From contig CBDCXR010000004.1 in the NCBI GenBank assembly GCA_965223845.1, forward strand, positions 5,324,295 to 5,388,294: a stretch of 64,000 bases of DNA. Direction: 5' to 3'. A program made the position numbers and the translations under genes. Below, one piece after another: positions 9,730-19,464 of the stretch. Under the pieces are notes generated by a model. It was not told the origin of the DNA. It saw nothing but the letters and a program-made list of their open reading frames with translations, and searched no databases. The DNA is from Planctomycetota bacterium (GTDB lineage: Bacteria; Planctomycetota; UBA8108; SXIK01). Numbering within the stretch: the stretch's first letter is position 1; every line of letters begins with the position of its first letter.

Positions 9730-10950
9730 TTGCACGACGACACCGCCGGCGAAACGCCCGATCCCGATCGCGCCGCGACGTGCGCGGAGTCCTCGAGCGA
9801 GCCTTCGCCTTCGGCGTTCGTCGCAGCTTCGCCTCGGCATATTTTGATTTCGGCCGCACTCGCTTCGACCGCGGATTGCGGAGAGAACCACCTCTACTAT
9901 CTTCAATCGCTCTCGACGGAGTCCACGGAGCTCATCGCGGAAGCGGTGCGATCTTGGGAGGCCTCTCCGTTCGAGACGGTCACGGTTCTCCGGCACACAC
10001 CTTCGGATAGTCGTCTCCCGAGAACATTCCGGCGCCGCGAGAAGCGTGAATTCCGCGCCGAAAACCGCGCGCGACTCAAGAGCGATATCGCTCGACTTCG
10101 GCCCGCGCGCGTCTACGTCGGCACGGACAAACGCTTCGAGACGATGTTCGCGCTCTGGCGGGGGAAGCGCGAGAACGACGGCTGTGTCGGAATCTTCTTC
10201 GAAGATGGCACCGGTGCCTACGCTCACACGGTGAGGACGACGGGATTCGTTCGCCGCTTCCTCTTCAATTGGCGGCGAAAGTGGAACTACGGCTGGTGGT
10301 GGGACAACCACGTCGTCATGGGGAGCTCACGCTACGTCGACGAGGTCGTCGCAGCGCTGCCGGATCTCGTCGTGCCCGCGCTCAAGCGAAAACGGGTGCG
10401 TTCGCTCGACGTCGAGTACTTCCGGAGCGATGGTCCGCGACGTCTCGCCGCCCTTCTCGCCGGCGCTCTCGGACTCGCGGCGACCGATCTCAGCGCAGTC
10501 GAAATCGTGGTCGTCCTCACGACGTCACGCGTCGCGAGAACTCTTCCGCGTCACGCGGAGCTCGTCGAAGGCGTGCTTCGCGAGGCGAATGCGCGCGGCC
10601 TTTCCGTCGCGATCAAGGCGCACCCGCGGGAGCCGCGTCCCGAGTTCATGCCGAGTGCGTGGCTCGACTCCGCATTCGAGATTCCCGCCGCGATGCCGTT
10701 CGAGCTCCTCGCTCTTCTCCTCGGAACGGCCATCGTCGTCGGAGATGTTTCGACGAGTCTCTTTGCGGCGAAGTGGTTGCGACCATCACTCGACGTCGTC
10801 TCCCTTGCAGCAAGCGGGGATCACCGCGAACCGGGCGGTGCTCGAAACGCAAAGGATCCTCTGCACGGGCTCCTCCGCGCCGTCGGCGTCAGGATCGAGT
10901 CGGATCCGTCACGGGTCTTCGCTCGAAGCGAGGGTCGAGGAGTCCCCTGA
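9730..10950 (+). CDS. Hypothetical protein, possibly a glycan-modifying enzyme. The start is uncertain.
   Basis: Long ORF with a low-complexity N-terminus. Its 3' end overlaps the convergent TrmH-like gene by 42 bp. I recognise no clear motif. Confidence 0.3.
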   Translation: MHDDTAGETPDPDRAATCAESSSEPSPSAFVAASPRHILISAALASTADCGENHLYYLQSLSTESTELIAEAVRSWEASPFETVTVLRHTPSDSRLPRTFRRREKREFRAENRARLKSDIARLRPARVYVGTDKRFETMFALWRGKRENDGCVGIFFEDGTGAYAHTVRTTGFVRRFLFNWRRKWNYGWWWDNHVVMGSSRYVDEVVAALPDLVVPALKRKRVRSLDVEYFRSDGPRRLAALLAGALGLAATDLSAVEIVVVLTTSRVARTLPRHAELVEGVLREANARGLSVAIKAHPREPRPEFMPSAWLDSAFEIPAAMPFELLALLLGTAIVVGDVSTSLFAAKWLRPSLDVVSLAASGDHREPGGARNAKDPLHGLLRAVGVRIESDPSRVFARSEGRGVP

Positions 10951-11754
10951 CGCGCCCGCCGACGATTCGCGGGCTCGAAACACCTCACGCATCGCGATCG
11001 ACCCCGCAACCCCGGCGTTGAGAGACTCCACCTCGGGCGCGTGAGCGAGACGCCAGCGGATGTCGGCAGCGGCGGCGATCTCGTCGGCGAGTCCGGCGTG
11101 CTCGGACCCGACCGCGAGCGCGATGCGCTCCTCGGCGACCGCGAGGGACTCGAGGGCCGATTCATCGCCGCTCGGCGAGGTCGCCACGATCGTCAACGAC
11201 TCTCGACGGAAACGATCGACTGCCTCCCGCGCGCTAGTCCTGGCGATGCGGAGTCCGAAGAGCGCCCCGGCCGTCGAGCGAACGACTTTCGGTGCGTAGG
11301 GATCGGCCGCGTCTCCGGTCAGGACGACGAGCGAAAAAGAGAACGCGAGCGCAGACCGAAGAAGAGTGCCGAGATTCCCAGGATCGGCGACTCCGTCGCA
11401 GATCAGAACGCGGCGATCGTCCGGACGGAGCTGAGCGTTCAGATCGGCGCGCGGGAGCTCGAACGTCGCGAGGATGCCCTGCGTCGTCTCGGCGTCGGCG
11501 GCGCTCGCGAGTTGCCAGTCTTCGAGCACGATCGGAGCAGCGCCACCTTCGGCGAGCCTCCGAACGAGCTCCGCTCCGCGTTCCGTTCTCGACGCAGCCG
11601 CAGAATAGACGGCGCGAGGCACGACTCCGAACCGAACCGCTTCCTCGACCACGCGGACGCCTTCAGCGAGGAAGAGGCCCTGCTCTCGCCGACCCCTCTT
11701 CGTGCGAAGGTCTTTCAAATCCTTCAGTTGGCGGCGCGTGAGCGTCAACGGCAA
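10909..11754 (-). CDS. TrmH/SpoU family RNA 2'-O-methyltransferase (RlmB-like)
   Basis: The segments VLICDGVADPGNLGTLLRSA and ESLNAGVAGSIAM are SPOUT motifs. Confidence 0.75.
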   Translation of the reverse strand: MPLTLTRRQLKDLKDLRTKRGRREQGLFLAEGVRVVEEAVRFGVVPRAVYSAAASRTERGAELVRRLAEGGAAPIVLEDWQLASAADAETTQGILATFELPRADLNAQLRPDDRRVLICDGVADPGNLGTLLRSALAFSFSLVVLTGDAADPYAPKVVRSTAGALFGLRIARTSAREAVDRFRRESLTIVATSPSGDESALESLAVAEERIALAVGSEHAGLADEIAAAADIRWRLAHAPEVESLNAGVAGSIAMREVFRARESSAGASGDSSTLASSEDP

Positions 11755-11830
11755 TCCCGATTCTCGAGCCGAGGAAGAAACAAAGCGGACGCGTCAGAAA
11801 ACTCGAGTTTGCACCCCCGATCAAGATGTG

Positions 11831-12676
11831 TCAGTTCGCGGCGGCGCGCACCTCCACCCTCACCGGCCAGTGATCCGACTCGCCAGCGCGAATCACTTCA
11901 GCCTTCGTGGGGGCGAGGTGGCGGGAACAGAAGACGTAATCGATCCGCGCTTGAAACCCGCTCGCGTCGCTTCCGTTCGCCCGCCAGGTGATCTCGGGCT
12001 TCGCACCGGCGCGGTGGAGTGAGCGAAAGCAATCGGCAAATCCGAGCGCACCCGTGAGGTAGACGATCCCCGGCTCCGTTTCGAGGCTGTTGAAGTCGCC
12101 CGCGACGATTGCCGGGGCTTCGGTGTCGAGCGACTTCGCGAAGTGACGCAGCTCCGCTGCGCGGAGAGCCGCCGTCTCGAGATAGGAGCGCGCGCGCTCG
12201 AGCGGAGTCCCTGAGAGCACACGCGGCGCGGGAAGATGCACGTTTAGGAACTGAATGGGACCGATCGGAGACCGAGCGAGAACCGATACGGCGTCGAGGG
12301 CTCGTTCGCTGGCCGAGGAGTGCGGGATCGAGCGCGCTTCGGCGAACTCGAACCGCGAGAGAATCGCGTAGCCGCCGCCTCGATCGGCGACGGCGCGGAT
12401 CACGGCGAACGGGTAGTCGTTCTCGAGCCCCGCCCGAATCGCCGCTTCGTGCGCCGGCGCGACCTCCTGGAGACAAACGACGTCGGCGTCGGCCTCACGA
12501 ATCACGCGGACGACGCCGGCCGAGTCGGCGTTTCGGTAGAGCACGTTCCAGGTGAGGATCGAGAGGGAATCGCGGGGAGGGGATTCGCAACCGCTCACGG
12601 CGAGACTGAAGATGGCGAACGACGCGATCAGACTTCGGCGACCCACCGGCACGGATTCCGCTCTCGTCCGCCTCAC
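11831..12676 (-). CDS. Endonuclease/exonuclease/phosphatase (EEP) family protein with a lipoprotein-like signal
   Basis: The segments LSILTWNVLYRN and SDHWPVRVEV are EEP catalytic motifs. The N-terminal signal carries a Cys. Confidence 0.75.
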   Translation of the reverse strand: MRRTRAESVPVGRRSLIASFAIFSLAVSGCESPPRDSLSILTWNVLYRNADSAGVVRVIREADADVVCLQEVAPAHEAAIRAGLENDYPFAVIRAVADRGGGYAILSRFEFAEARSIPHSSASERALDAVSVLARSPIGPIQFLNVHLPAPRVLSGTPLERARSYLETAALRAAELRHFAKSLDTEAPAIVAGDFNSLETEPGIVYLTGALGFADCFRSLHRAGAKPEITWRANGSDASGFQARIDYVFCSRHLAPTKAEVIRAGESDHWPVRVEVRAAAN

Positions 12677-12886
12677 CTCCCCGCATCCTCCGCAGCGTCC
12701 AGCCGTTTTCCCCGCGCGATGCGATCATGGTAGCGCGAATGCGCGGCGCGCGACATCGAGATCGGTTCACCGCCGCCACGGATCTCGCGGGCTCGCGGCC
12801 TTTCGCATTCGAGCACATCTCCGGATACACTGCCCAAAACTGCGAGAGGCAGAACTCTCGCCGAAATCGAATCAGAGAGGAGTGAC

Positions 12887-13495
12887 ATGGACACCTTCGA
12901 AGCGATCTACGGCCGACGCGCGGTCAAACACTTCGATCCCGACCACAAGATGAGCGACGCGGAAATCGAGAAGCTTCTCGAAGCCGCGATTCAGTCGCCG
13001 ACCTCGTTCAACATTCAGCATTGGCGCTTCGTCGTAGTGCGCGATCCCGATCTTCGGCAGCAGATTCGAGAGAACGGGAACGACCAAGCACAGATGACGG
13101 ACGCATCGCTCCTCATTCTCATGACGGGCGACGTGTTGGCATGGAAGAAGGACCCGCAGCGCTACTGGAGAAACGCTCCGCCGGAGGTCGCGGAATTGCT
13201 CGTCAACTGGATGGGCCCGTTTCACGAAGGAAAGGACCAGCTTCAGCGCGACGAGGCCCAGCGCTCGATCGGCATGGCGATGCAAACCATCATGGTCGCG
13301 GCGAAGGCGATGGGGTACGAGTCCTGTCCGATGATCGGATTCGATCACGACGCCGTCGCGAAGCTCGTCCGGCTCCCCGATGACCACTGTATCGGGCCGA
13401 TGATCGCTGTCGGAAAGGGCACGAAGGACGCGTGGCCGAAGCCCGGGCAGCTCGCGCTCAGCGAAGTCGTCGTGAACGACCGCTTTCCCGCCTGA
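12887..13495 (+). CDS. Nitroreductase family protein
   Basis: The segments RRAVKHF and SPTSFNIQHWRFVVV show the nitroreductase fold. Confidence 0.8.
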   Translation: MDTFEAIYGRRAVKHFDPDHKMSDAEIEKLLEAAIQSPTSFNIQHWRFVVVRDPDLRQQIRENGNDQAQMTDASLLILMTGDVLAWKKDPQRYWRNAPPEVAELLVNWMGPFHEGKDQLQRDEAQRSIGMAMQTIMVAAKAMGYESCPMIGFDHDAVAKLVRLPDDHCIGPMIAVGKGTKDAWPKPGQLALSEVVVNDRFPA

Positions 13496-13526
13496 CCGCG
13501 ATCGAGCATCCGCGGAAGCTAACGGC

Positions 13527-14075
13527 ATGAGCGACCTGGCGGCGTACCTCTACGAAATCGGCCAACTGAAGCGAGTCCCTCGCTCGGGTTGGACGCTCGT
13601 GGGTGTCGCCAGGCCGGAATGCGTTGCGGAGCACACGTTTCGAACGGCGGTGATCGCGTTCGTCCTCGCCGAACGCTCGGGAGCCGACCCGCACCGCGCG
13701 GCGTCGCTCGCGCTCTTTCACGACACAGCGGAAGCCCGCGTAGGCGACGCGCATCGCATCGCGAAGCGCTACGTCGACTGGTCGAAAATCCAAGAGCGGG
13801 CGGTCGGCGATCAGACCGCTTCACTCCCCGATGAGCTCGGTCGCACGATTCGCTCTCTCTGGGCCGAAGCGGATGCGGTGGAGAGCGCCGAGGCGCGGAT
13901 CGTCCGCGACGCGGATCACCTCGAATGCCTTCTTCAGGCGAAGGAATACGCCGCGCGAGGATTCGAAACTGCCGAGTGGATCGAGAGCGCGGTGAATGCG
14001 CTCCTCACCGACGAAGCGCGGGTGCTCGCCAAGGAGATCGTCGATACCCCTCCCGACGCGTGGCAGAGCGCGTGA
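13527..14075 (+). CDS. HD domain protein (YfbR-like 5'-deoxynucleotidase family)
   Basis: HD motif residues are present: AEHTFRTAVIAFVLAE and LFHDTAEARVGD. Confidence 0.75.
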   Translation: MSDLAAYLYEIGQLKRVPRSGWTLVGVARPECVAEHTFRTAVIAFVLAERSGADPHRAASLALFHDTAEARVGDAHRIAKRYVDWSKIQERAVGDQTASLPDELGRTIRSLWAEADAVESAEARIVRDADHLECLLQAKEYAARGFETAEWIESAVNALLTDEARVLAKEIVDTPPDAWQSA

Positions 14076-14324
14076 TTGCACGGGGAGGCGCGGCGACGCC
14101 GGTTGTTAGGTAAGGCGACTTGGGCCTTCGGTGGATGATGTCCGCGGGCGAAGCGGTGTGCATCCCCGCCGTGACCGGTCACGCTTGAAAACTCGATTCG
14201 TGTGACCTACGGTTGCGATGCCCCTAGCATCCTCAGTCTCCGCGATCCGAGCCGAGTAAGCCCCTGCTTCAAGCGGCAGCTCGGCCGAGGTGCTCGATCT
14301 TTCTCAAGAAACGCGCAGTTCTAA

Positions 14325-17300
14325 ATGGCACTCGAAACTAGACCACTTTCGTCGAGGTCGAACCGAAGCTCATCGTTTACACGGCGAAGGCTTGCATCGG
14401 TGACTCGGTTGGTGCTCTGTACCGCGCTTTCATGCGTCGCCGCGAACGCAGATCCAATCGAGTCGCGTCCGATCACGTTCGAACCCGTCGGCTCCGAGCC
14501 GAGCGATCGATACTTGATGCGCGGTTCGGCGTACTCAGCGATCATCGAAGCGCGCCAGATCGTAGTGTCGGGGCGAGGGGGAGCACGTCCGATCCGAATT
14601 CGATGGGTCGGCGCGCGAAGCGGAACGACGATCGGCGCCCAGGGGAGGCTCGCCGGCGTCAGCAACTACGTCCTCGGTGATCAACCCGACGAGTGGCGAC
14701 TCGGCGTGCCCCACTACCGAAAGGTGGTCGCGCGAGGCGTCTATCCCGGTGTCGACGTGGTCTATTACGACCAGGGCGGCAGGCTCGAGTTCGATTTCGT
14801 TGTCGCACCGGGTGCGGACGCGTCTCTCGTGCGCTTCGAGATCGTGAATGGAAACGACGTCGAAGTCGATGCCGCGGGCGACCTCGTCATGCACGAACCG
14901 GGTGGCGCCTTTCGACTCCTCCGCCCGAAGGTCTATCAAGACGTCGATGGCGAGCGGCGTACGATCGCCGCTCGCTACGTACCGGCCCGATCGTCGTCGG
15001 CAGCGGCGACGACCTATGCATTCGAACTCGCGTCGTACGATACTGATCGCCCCCTCGTCATCGATCCGATTCTCGCGTACGCGCGACGATTCGGCGGCGA
15101 CGCACTCGACGACGTGACCGGTGTCGCGGTCGACGCGGACGGGAACGTCTATCTCACGGGCTACACCCAATCCCTCGACTTCTCCTCACCCGAGGGAGAA
15201 GACACGGTCGATTTCGGCGACCGAGGCGGCTCGGATGCCTACGCGTTGAAGCTGTCGGCCGACGGAAGCACGGTCCTCTACTCGACGATTCTCGGCGGAG
15301 ATCGGCCCGATCGAAGCCTCGGCATCGTCGTCGATGAAGAGAACAACGCGTACCTCGCGGGCACCACTTCGTTCGTTGACTCTGGCTTTCCTACGACCGA
15401 AGGTGCGTACCGCGCCGCACCCGCGGACTTTTTCATCGCGAAGCTCGGTCCGGACGGGAACCTCGAGTATTCGACGTTTGTCGGCGGACTCAATATCGCG
15501 AGCTTCGGCGGGCTCGCGCTGCACGGTTCGGGAGAGTCGGCGCGCGTTGCGATCGTGGGGTCGACCGTCGCCGGATTCCCGACGACGGCGAACGCCTTCC
15601 GGCGAGGAATCAGCGGTCCCTCGGACACGTTTCTCTTCGTCCTCGAGCCGGCCGGAGGCGCCCCGGCCGAGCAGCTCATCTACTCGACCTACTTCGGCTC
15701 CGATTCGTTCGATAGCGGTATCGCCGTCGCGTCCGGACCGGACGGAAAGTTCTGTGTCACAGGAACGGCTCAAGGGGATCTGCCGCTTCGACACGCATTC
15801 GACACCTCGAGAGAAGGAAACCGCGAGGCGTTCCTCGCGGTTTTCGACTTGGGGCGATCGGGTGACGACTCGCTGGTCTACAGCAGCTACGTCGGCGGGA
15901 GTCGAGACGAAAACGGCGCCGCGGGAGACGGGGGCGTCGCCGTCGACGCGTCCGGCGTCGTCCTCGTAGCGGGAACGACGACGTCGACCGATTTTCCTGT
16001 CACTCCGGAGGGATACCGCGTTTCACGCGAGAGCGCGGACGCGTTTCTCGTCGCGATCGATCCGACACTTCCCGGAGGTGACTCGCTCGTCTACGGCACG
16101 TACTTCGGCGGGCTCGGAGCCGACGCGGGTACCGCCGTCGCCGCCGGCCCTCCCGGCATCGCGTACCTCGCCGGCTTCACGTCGTCCGCAGAGCTCCCCG
16201 GGCGTGGAGGCGATCCGGCCGAGAAGTTCGGCGCCGGAGCGCGCGGCACCGGGCAAGACGCGTTCGTGGCGAAGATCGACTGGAGACGCCTCGCGAGCGA
16301 TTCCTTGATCGACGCCGCCTACGTCGGCGGCGGAGGAGCCGACTTCGCGCGATGGGTCGTGGCTCACGACATCGATACCGTCTTCCTCGCGGGCGACACC
16401 TCGTCCGGCGATGCGTTCGAGCCGACCCCCGGATTCGGACAGAAGGATGGCTTCGTCGCTCGCGTTCACACCCGAGTGCAGCTGCCCGACGGTGTAGTCG
16501 GAGTCAGCTCGAGCGACGATCTCGAGCTCGACTTCGGCGAGGCGCCGTACGAGTGGACGGTGATGTCAGGCGACGTTCCGGAAGGATTGGTCGTCTCCGG
16601 CGACGGCGTTCTCTCGGGCGAGCCCGAAACTCTCGGCGATTTCACCTTCACGGTCGAAGGACGAGACGCGGCGGGGACGACGCGTGCGGTGACGTACGGA
16701 AAGCGCGTCGGCGACGGCGCGACGCCCGGAGACGTCCTCATCCGCAAGGCCGCGGCGATCCCGGTGCCGGGGCGTACTTTCCCGTACTACATCCTCCTCC
16801 GCAATCGAACGGATCGGACGCTCTACAACGTCGGCGTCGTCGAAATCCTCGAGTTCTTCTTTCAATTCGTCTCGGCCACACCGGCGCCGACGCTCATCGA
16901 GCCCCCGCCGACCGGAAACGTGTACTGGACGATTCCCGAGATGCGGCCCGGCGAGCTCAAGGCGATTACGTACCGAGTTCGACTGCCGGACGACTTTCCC
17001 GTCGGGATCGAGCTCAGTGGTGAGGCTTGCCTCACGGAGGAGGACTGCGGGAAAGAAAAGGCCGAATGCTTCAAGATGGGGAAAGAGCGCTGCGAGAACG
17101 CGGGCTGTGTGGGACCGGGAAGCGTCGGATCGTGCAATCTGTGCAACAAGCAGGAAGGCGAGTTCTGTCAGTCCGAATGGCTCCGCTGCATCGCCCTCGT
17201 CGGGAAAGGCTCGTCGCAGGCGCTCGAGGAAGGTAGCTTCGGCGGCGGCTGCTGGACGAAACGACGCCGCACGCAGCGACCGGTGGATCCGAATCAGAAG

Positions 17301-18326
17301 GGAGTCGCTTCGGAACCGTTTGTTCGCTCCGGCGAGATCCTCGCCTACACGATCGAGTTCGAGAACATCGGAGACATCGAAGCTCAGGATGTCTTCCTCA
17401 CGGACGCGCTCGACGAGGACCTCGACCTCGCTACCTTGCGCGTGCTCCGGCCCTACGGAGGTCTCGTTCCTCTCCTCCCGGACGTCCCGGTTTCCATCTT
17501 CGAGGACGACGACGAAAGGTGGATCGTCACTTTGGATGGCGAGACTCGAGTGGTCACGTGGGATCTCCTCGGAATCGATCTTCCGGCGGGGGAAAGTGAC
17601 AGCGTGCTGCTCGTTGTTCAGGCGCCCGAGGGCCTCCCGAGCGGCACGGAGCTCGTAAACGAAGCCACGATTCAGTTCGAGGTCTTCGAGACGCTGACGA
17701 CGAACGCGACGGTGAACACGATCGATGACATTCCGCCGGTGGCGACGATCGAGCCGCTCCCCGAGATCACCACGTCGCCGTCATTCGAGATCTCGTGGTC
17801 TGGAACGGATCAGGTCGGGGAGATCGAAATCTACGCGATCTTCGCCTCGACGAACGGCGGGCCGTACGTGCAGATCGAACGCGCTTTCGAACCGGGAACC
17901 GCTCTCTTCGAAGGCGAATTCGGGAGCACTTACAGCTTTCTAGCCATCGCGCGCGACACCGCCGGCAACGTCGAAGAGCTCGACGATGTCGCGGAGGCGA
18001 CGACCATCCTCCGGCGCCCGGGCGCGGCCGTCTTTCACCGAGGAGATCCGAACGCCTCGGATTCCGTCGACATTTCGGACGGCATCTTCATCTTCGAGTT
18101 TCTCTTCAGCGCGAACGCTCCTACGCTGAATTGCCGCGAAGCGGCGGACTCGAACAACGACGGCTCGATCGACATCTCCGACGGCCTCTACCTTCTCAAT
18201 TGGCTGTTCGCCGACGGCGCGGAGCTTCCCGCTCCAGGACCGGCGAGCGCGCCGTGTGGTCCCGATCCGGATCCGCCAGGCTCGCCCGGCGATCTCGGTT
18301 GTGACGACTACGGACCCTGCCAGTAA
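14325..18326 (+). CDS. Large secreted protein with beta-propeller (SBBP-like) repeats, a Cys-rich module, a DUF11 repeat and a C-terminal dockerin-like domain
   Basis: It has a signal peptide. Repeated YxTYxGGxxxD/DxxGxVYLxGxT modules are present. The DUF11-like segment is ILAYTIEFENIGD. The C-terminus reads RGDPNASDSVDISDGIFIFEFLF...DSNNDGSIDISDGLYLLNWLF. Confidence 0.7.
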   Translation: MALETRPLSSRSNRSSSFTRRRLASVTRLVLCTALSCVAANADPIESRPITFEPVGSEPSDRYLMRGSAYSAIIEARQIVVSGRGGARPIRIRWVGARSGTTIGAQGRLAGVSNYVLGDQPDEWRLGVPHYRKVVARGVYPGVDVVYYDQGGRLEFDFVVAPGADASLVRFEIVNGNDVEVDAAGDLVMHEPGGAFRLLRPKVYQDVDGERRTIAARYVPARSSSAAATTYAFELASYDTDRPLVIDPILAYARRFGGDALDDVTGVAVDADGNVYLTGYTQSLDFSSPEGEDTVDFGDRGGSDAYALKLSADGSTVLYSTILGGDRPDRSLGIVVDEENNAYLAGTTSFVDSGFPTTEGAYRAAPADFFIAKLGPDGNLEYSTFVGGLNIASFGGLALHGSGESARVAIVGSTVAGFPTTANAFRRGISGPSDTFLFVLEPAGGAPAEQLIYSTYFGSDSFDSGIAVASGPDGKFCVTGTAQGDLPLRHAFDTSREGNREAFLAVFDLGRSGDDSLVYSSYVGGSRDENGAAGDGGVAVDASGVVLVAGTTTSTDFPVTPEGYRVSRESADAFLVAIDPTLPGGDSLVYGTYFGGLGADAGTAVAAGPPGIAYLAGFTSSAELPGRGGDPAEKFGAGARGTGQDAFVAKIDWRRLASDSLIDAAYVGGGGADFARWVVAHDIDTVFLAGDTSSGDAFEPTPGFGQKDGFVARVHTRVQLPDGVVGVSSSDDLELDFGEAPYEWTVMSGDVPEGLVVSGDGVLSGEPETLGDFTFTVEGRDAAGTTRAVTYGKRVGDGATPGDVLIRKAAAIPVPGRTFPYYILLRNRTDRTLYNVGVVEILEFFFQFVSATPAPTLIEPPPTGNVYWTIPEMRPGELKAITYRVRLPDDFPVGIELSGEACLTEEDCGKEKAECFKMGKERCENAGCVGPGSVGSCNLCNKQEGEFCQSEWLRCIALVGKGSSQALEEGSFGGGCWTKRRRTQRPVDPNQKGVASEPFVRSGEILAYTIEFENIGDIEAQDVFLTDALDEDLDLATLRVLRPYGGLVPLLPDVPVSIFEDDDERWIVTLDGETRVVTWDLLGIDLPAGESDSVLLVVQAPEGLPSGTELVNEATIQFEVFETLTTNATVNTIDDIPPVATIEPLPEITTSPSFEISWSGTDQVGEIEIYAIFASTNGGPYVQIERAFEPGTALFEGEFGSTYSFLAIARDTAGNVEELDDVAEATTILRRPGAAVFHRGDPNASDSVDISDGIFIFEFLFSANAPTLNCREAADSNNDGSIDISDGLYLLNWLFADGAELPAPGPASAPCGPDPDPPGSPGDLGCDDYGPCQ

Positions 18327-18429
18327 GGGACGAGCGTCTCGCGCGAAGCGGAAACGGCAAGCGCAGGATCGACGCACCCCGCCGCATCTTGAGGGCGAGC
18401 CCCGTCTCGGCCGCCGAGCCGGGGTTCAG

Positions 18430-19311
18430 TTAACGTTGAGGGGCCGGCTCCGGAGGAGTCATCGCGAAACAGCGGATGCCGTTCCCGTGCCAGAGCGCCG
18501 CTGCGTGGGACGCGGTGAACGATACGAGGCCTTCGATCGGATCGAACACCTGCACGACGTCACCGTCGACGCGAAGGAGTGCGATCGCGTGGCTCTCGGG
18601 TCCCGTCGCCGGATGGTCGAAGAAGAGAATCGCCGGTGGAGGGACGCCGTCGATGCTCGCGTAGCGCTCGTTGAGCGTCTCCGTCGCGATTCCGAGCTGG
18701 TCGAGCGCGTAACGCATCTGCCCGGGACTCGTCCCGAGCTTCGTCGTACCTAGAAGCGCCGCGGCCTCGCGCTCGGTGATCGAGATTCCAAAACCTTGCG
18801 CGATATTCGCGACCGTCGCCGCCGCGCAGCTCGAGGGATTCGTTTGGAACCAGAACCCTCGCTGTGTACGCCGCTCTTCGGTCAGCGCCGCCGCGAGCGG
18901 GGCATTCCAATGCACGCTCGCCACGAGAAGGGCCGTGTGCAGAGAAACGACCGCGAGCGTGAGACGGCGGCGGCGCGGATCGCTCGATCGGCGGAGCGCG
19001 TACAAAGAAAACCCAGAGAGGACTGCGAAGAGAAACCCGATCGTCCCCCACGTCGCGAGCGCGGCGTCGCGCTGCAGGCGAAGCGGGAGGATCTGCGCCA
19101 CGCGATCGGACAGCTGCGCCGTCAGAGGCAGCACGACGACGAGCAAGCAGGCGATCGAGATCACGAGCAGCAAGGGCGCGTCGCGAAGGGCGGAGTCGAT
19201 ATCCATCGCGGGGTGCGACCGGCGTGCGCGCCGGGCCAGCATCACTCCGAGCGCGCTGCCTACGAGCAGCACGGTCAGCGAAAACACGGCGACCCCGACC
19301 ACTCTCTTCAC
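18430..19311 (-). CDS. Membrane-anchored peptidase C39-like domain protein
   Basis: It has N-terminal TM helices. The C39-like segment is CAAATVANIAQGFGISITEREAAALLGT...HAIALLRVDGD. Confidence 0.55.
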   Translation of the reverse strand: MKRVVGVAVFSLTVLLVGSALGVMLARRARRSHPAMDIDSALRDAPLLLVISIACLLVVVLPLTAQLSDRVAQILPLRLQRDAALATWGTIGFLFAVLSGFSLYALRRSSDPRRRRLTLAVVSLHTALLVASVHWNAPLAAALTEERRTQRGFWFQTNPSSCAAATVANIAQGFGISITEREAAALLGTTKLGTSPGQMRYALDQLGIATETLNERYASIDGVPPPAILFFDHPATGPESHAIALLRVDGDVVQVFDPIEGLVSFTASHAAALWHGNGIRCFAMTPPEPAPQR

Positions 19312-19464
19312 CTCGGATGAAACTCTTCTCCGTGCGCGCAGCTCGCTGCCGCAACGCCGCCTCGGCCGACTCGCAACCTCGGCCGAACGCTCGGTTCCGG
19401 TATAATGCTGCGGTCACCGAAATGCACGTCTCGACTTTCATCCACGTTCAATTGCGGAGCCGGC

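Noticed and set aside
10909-10950. 42-bp convergent overlap between the 9730-10950 ORF and the TrmH-like gene
   Set aside because: It most likely reflects an over-extended or mis-framed 3' end of the poorly supported 9730-10950 ORF, rather than a real antisense overlap.
11041-11991. 316-aa + strand ORF
   Set aside because: It is antisense to the TrmH-family methyltransferase and the 3' end of the EEP gene. It is extremely Arg-rich with no motifs.
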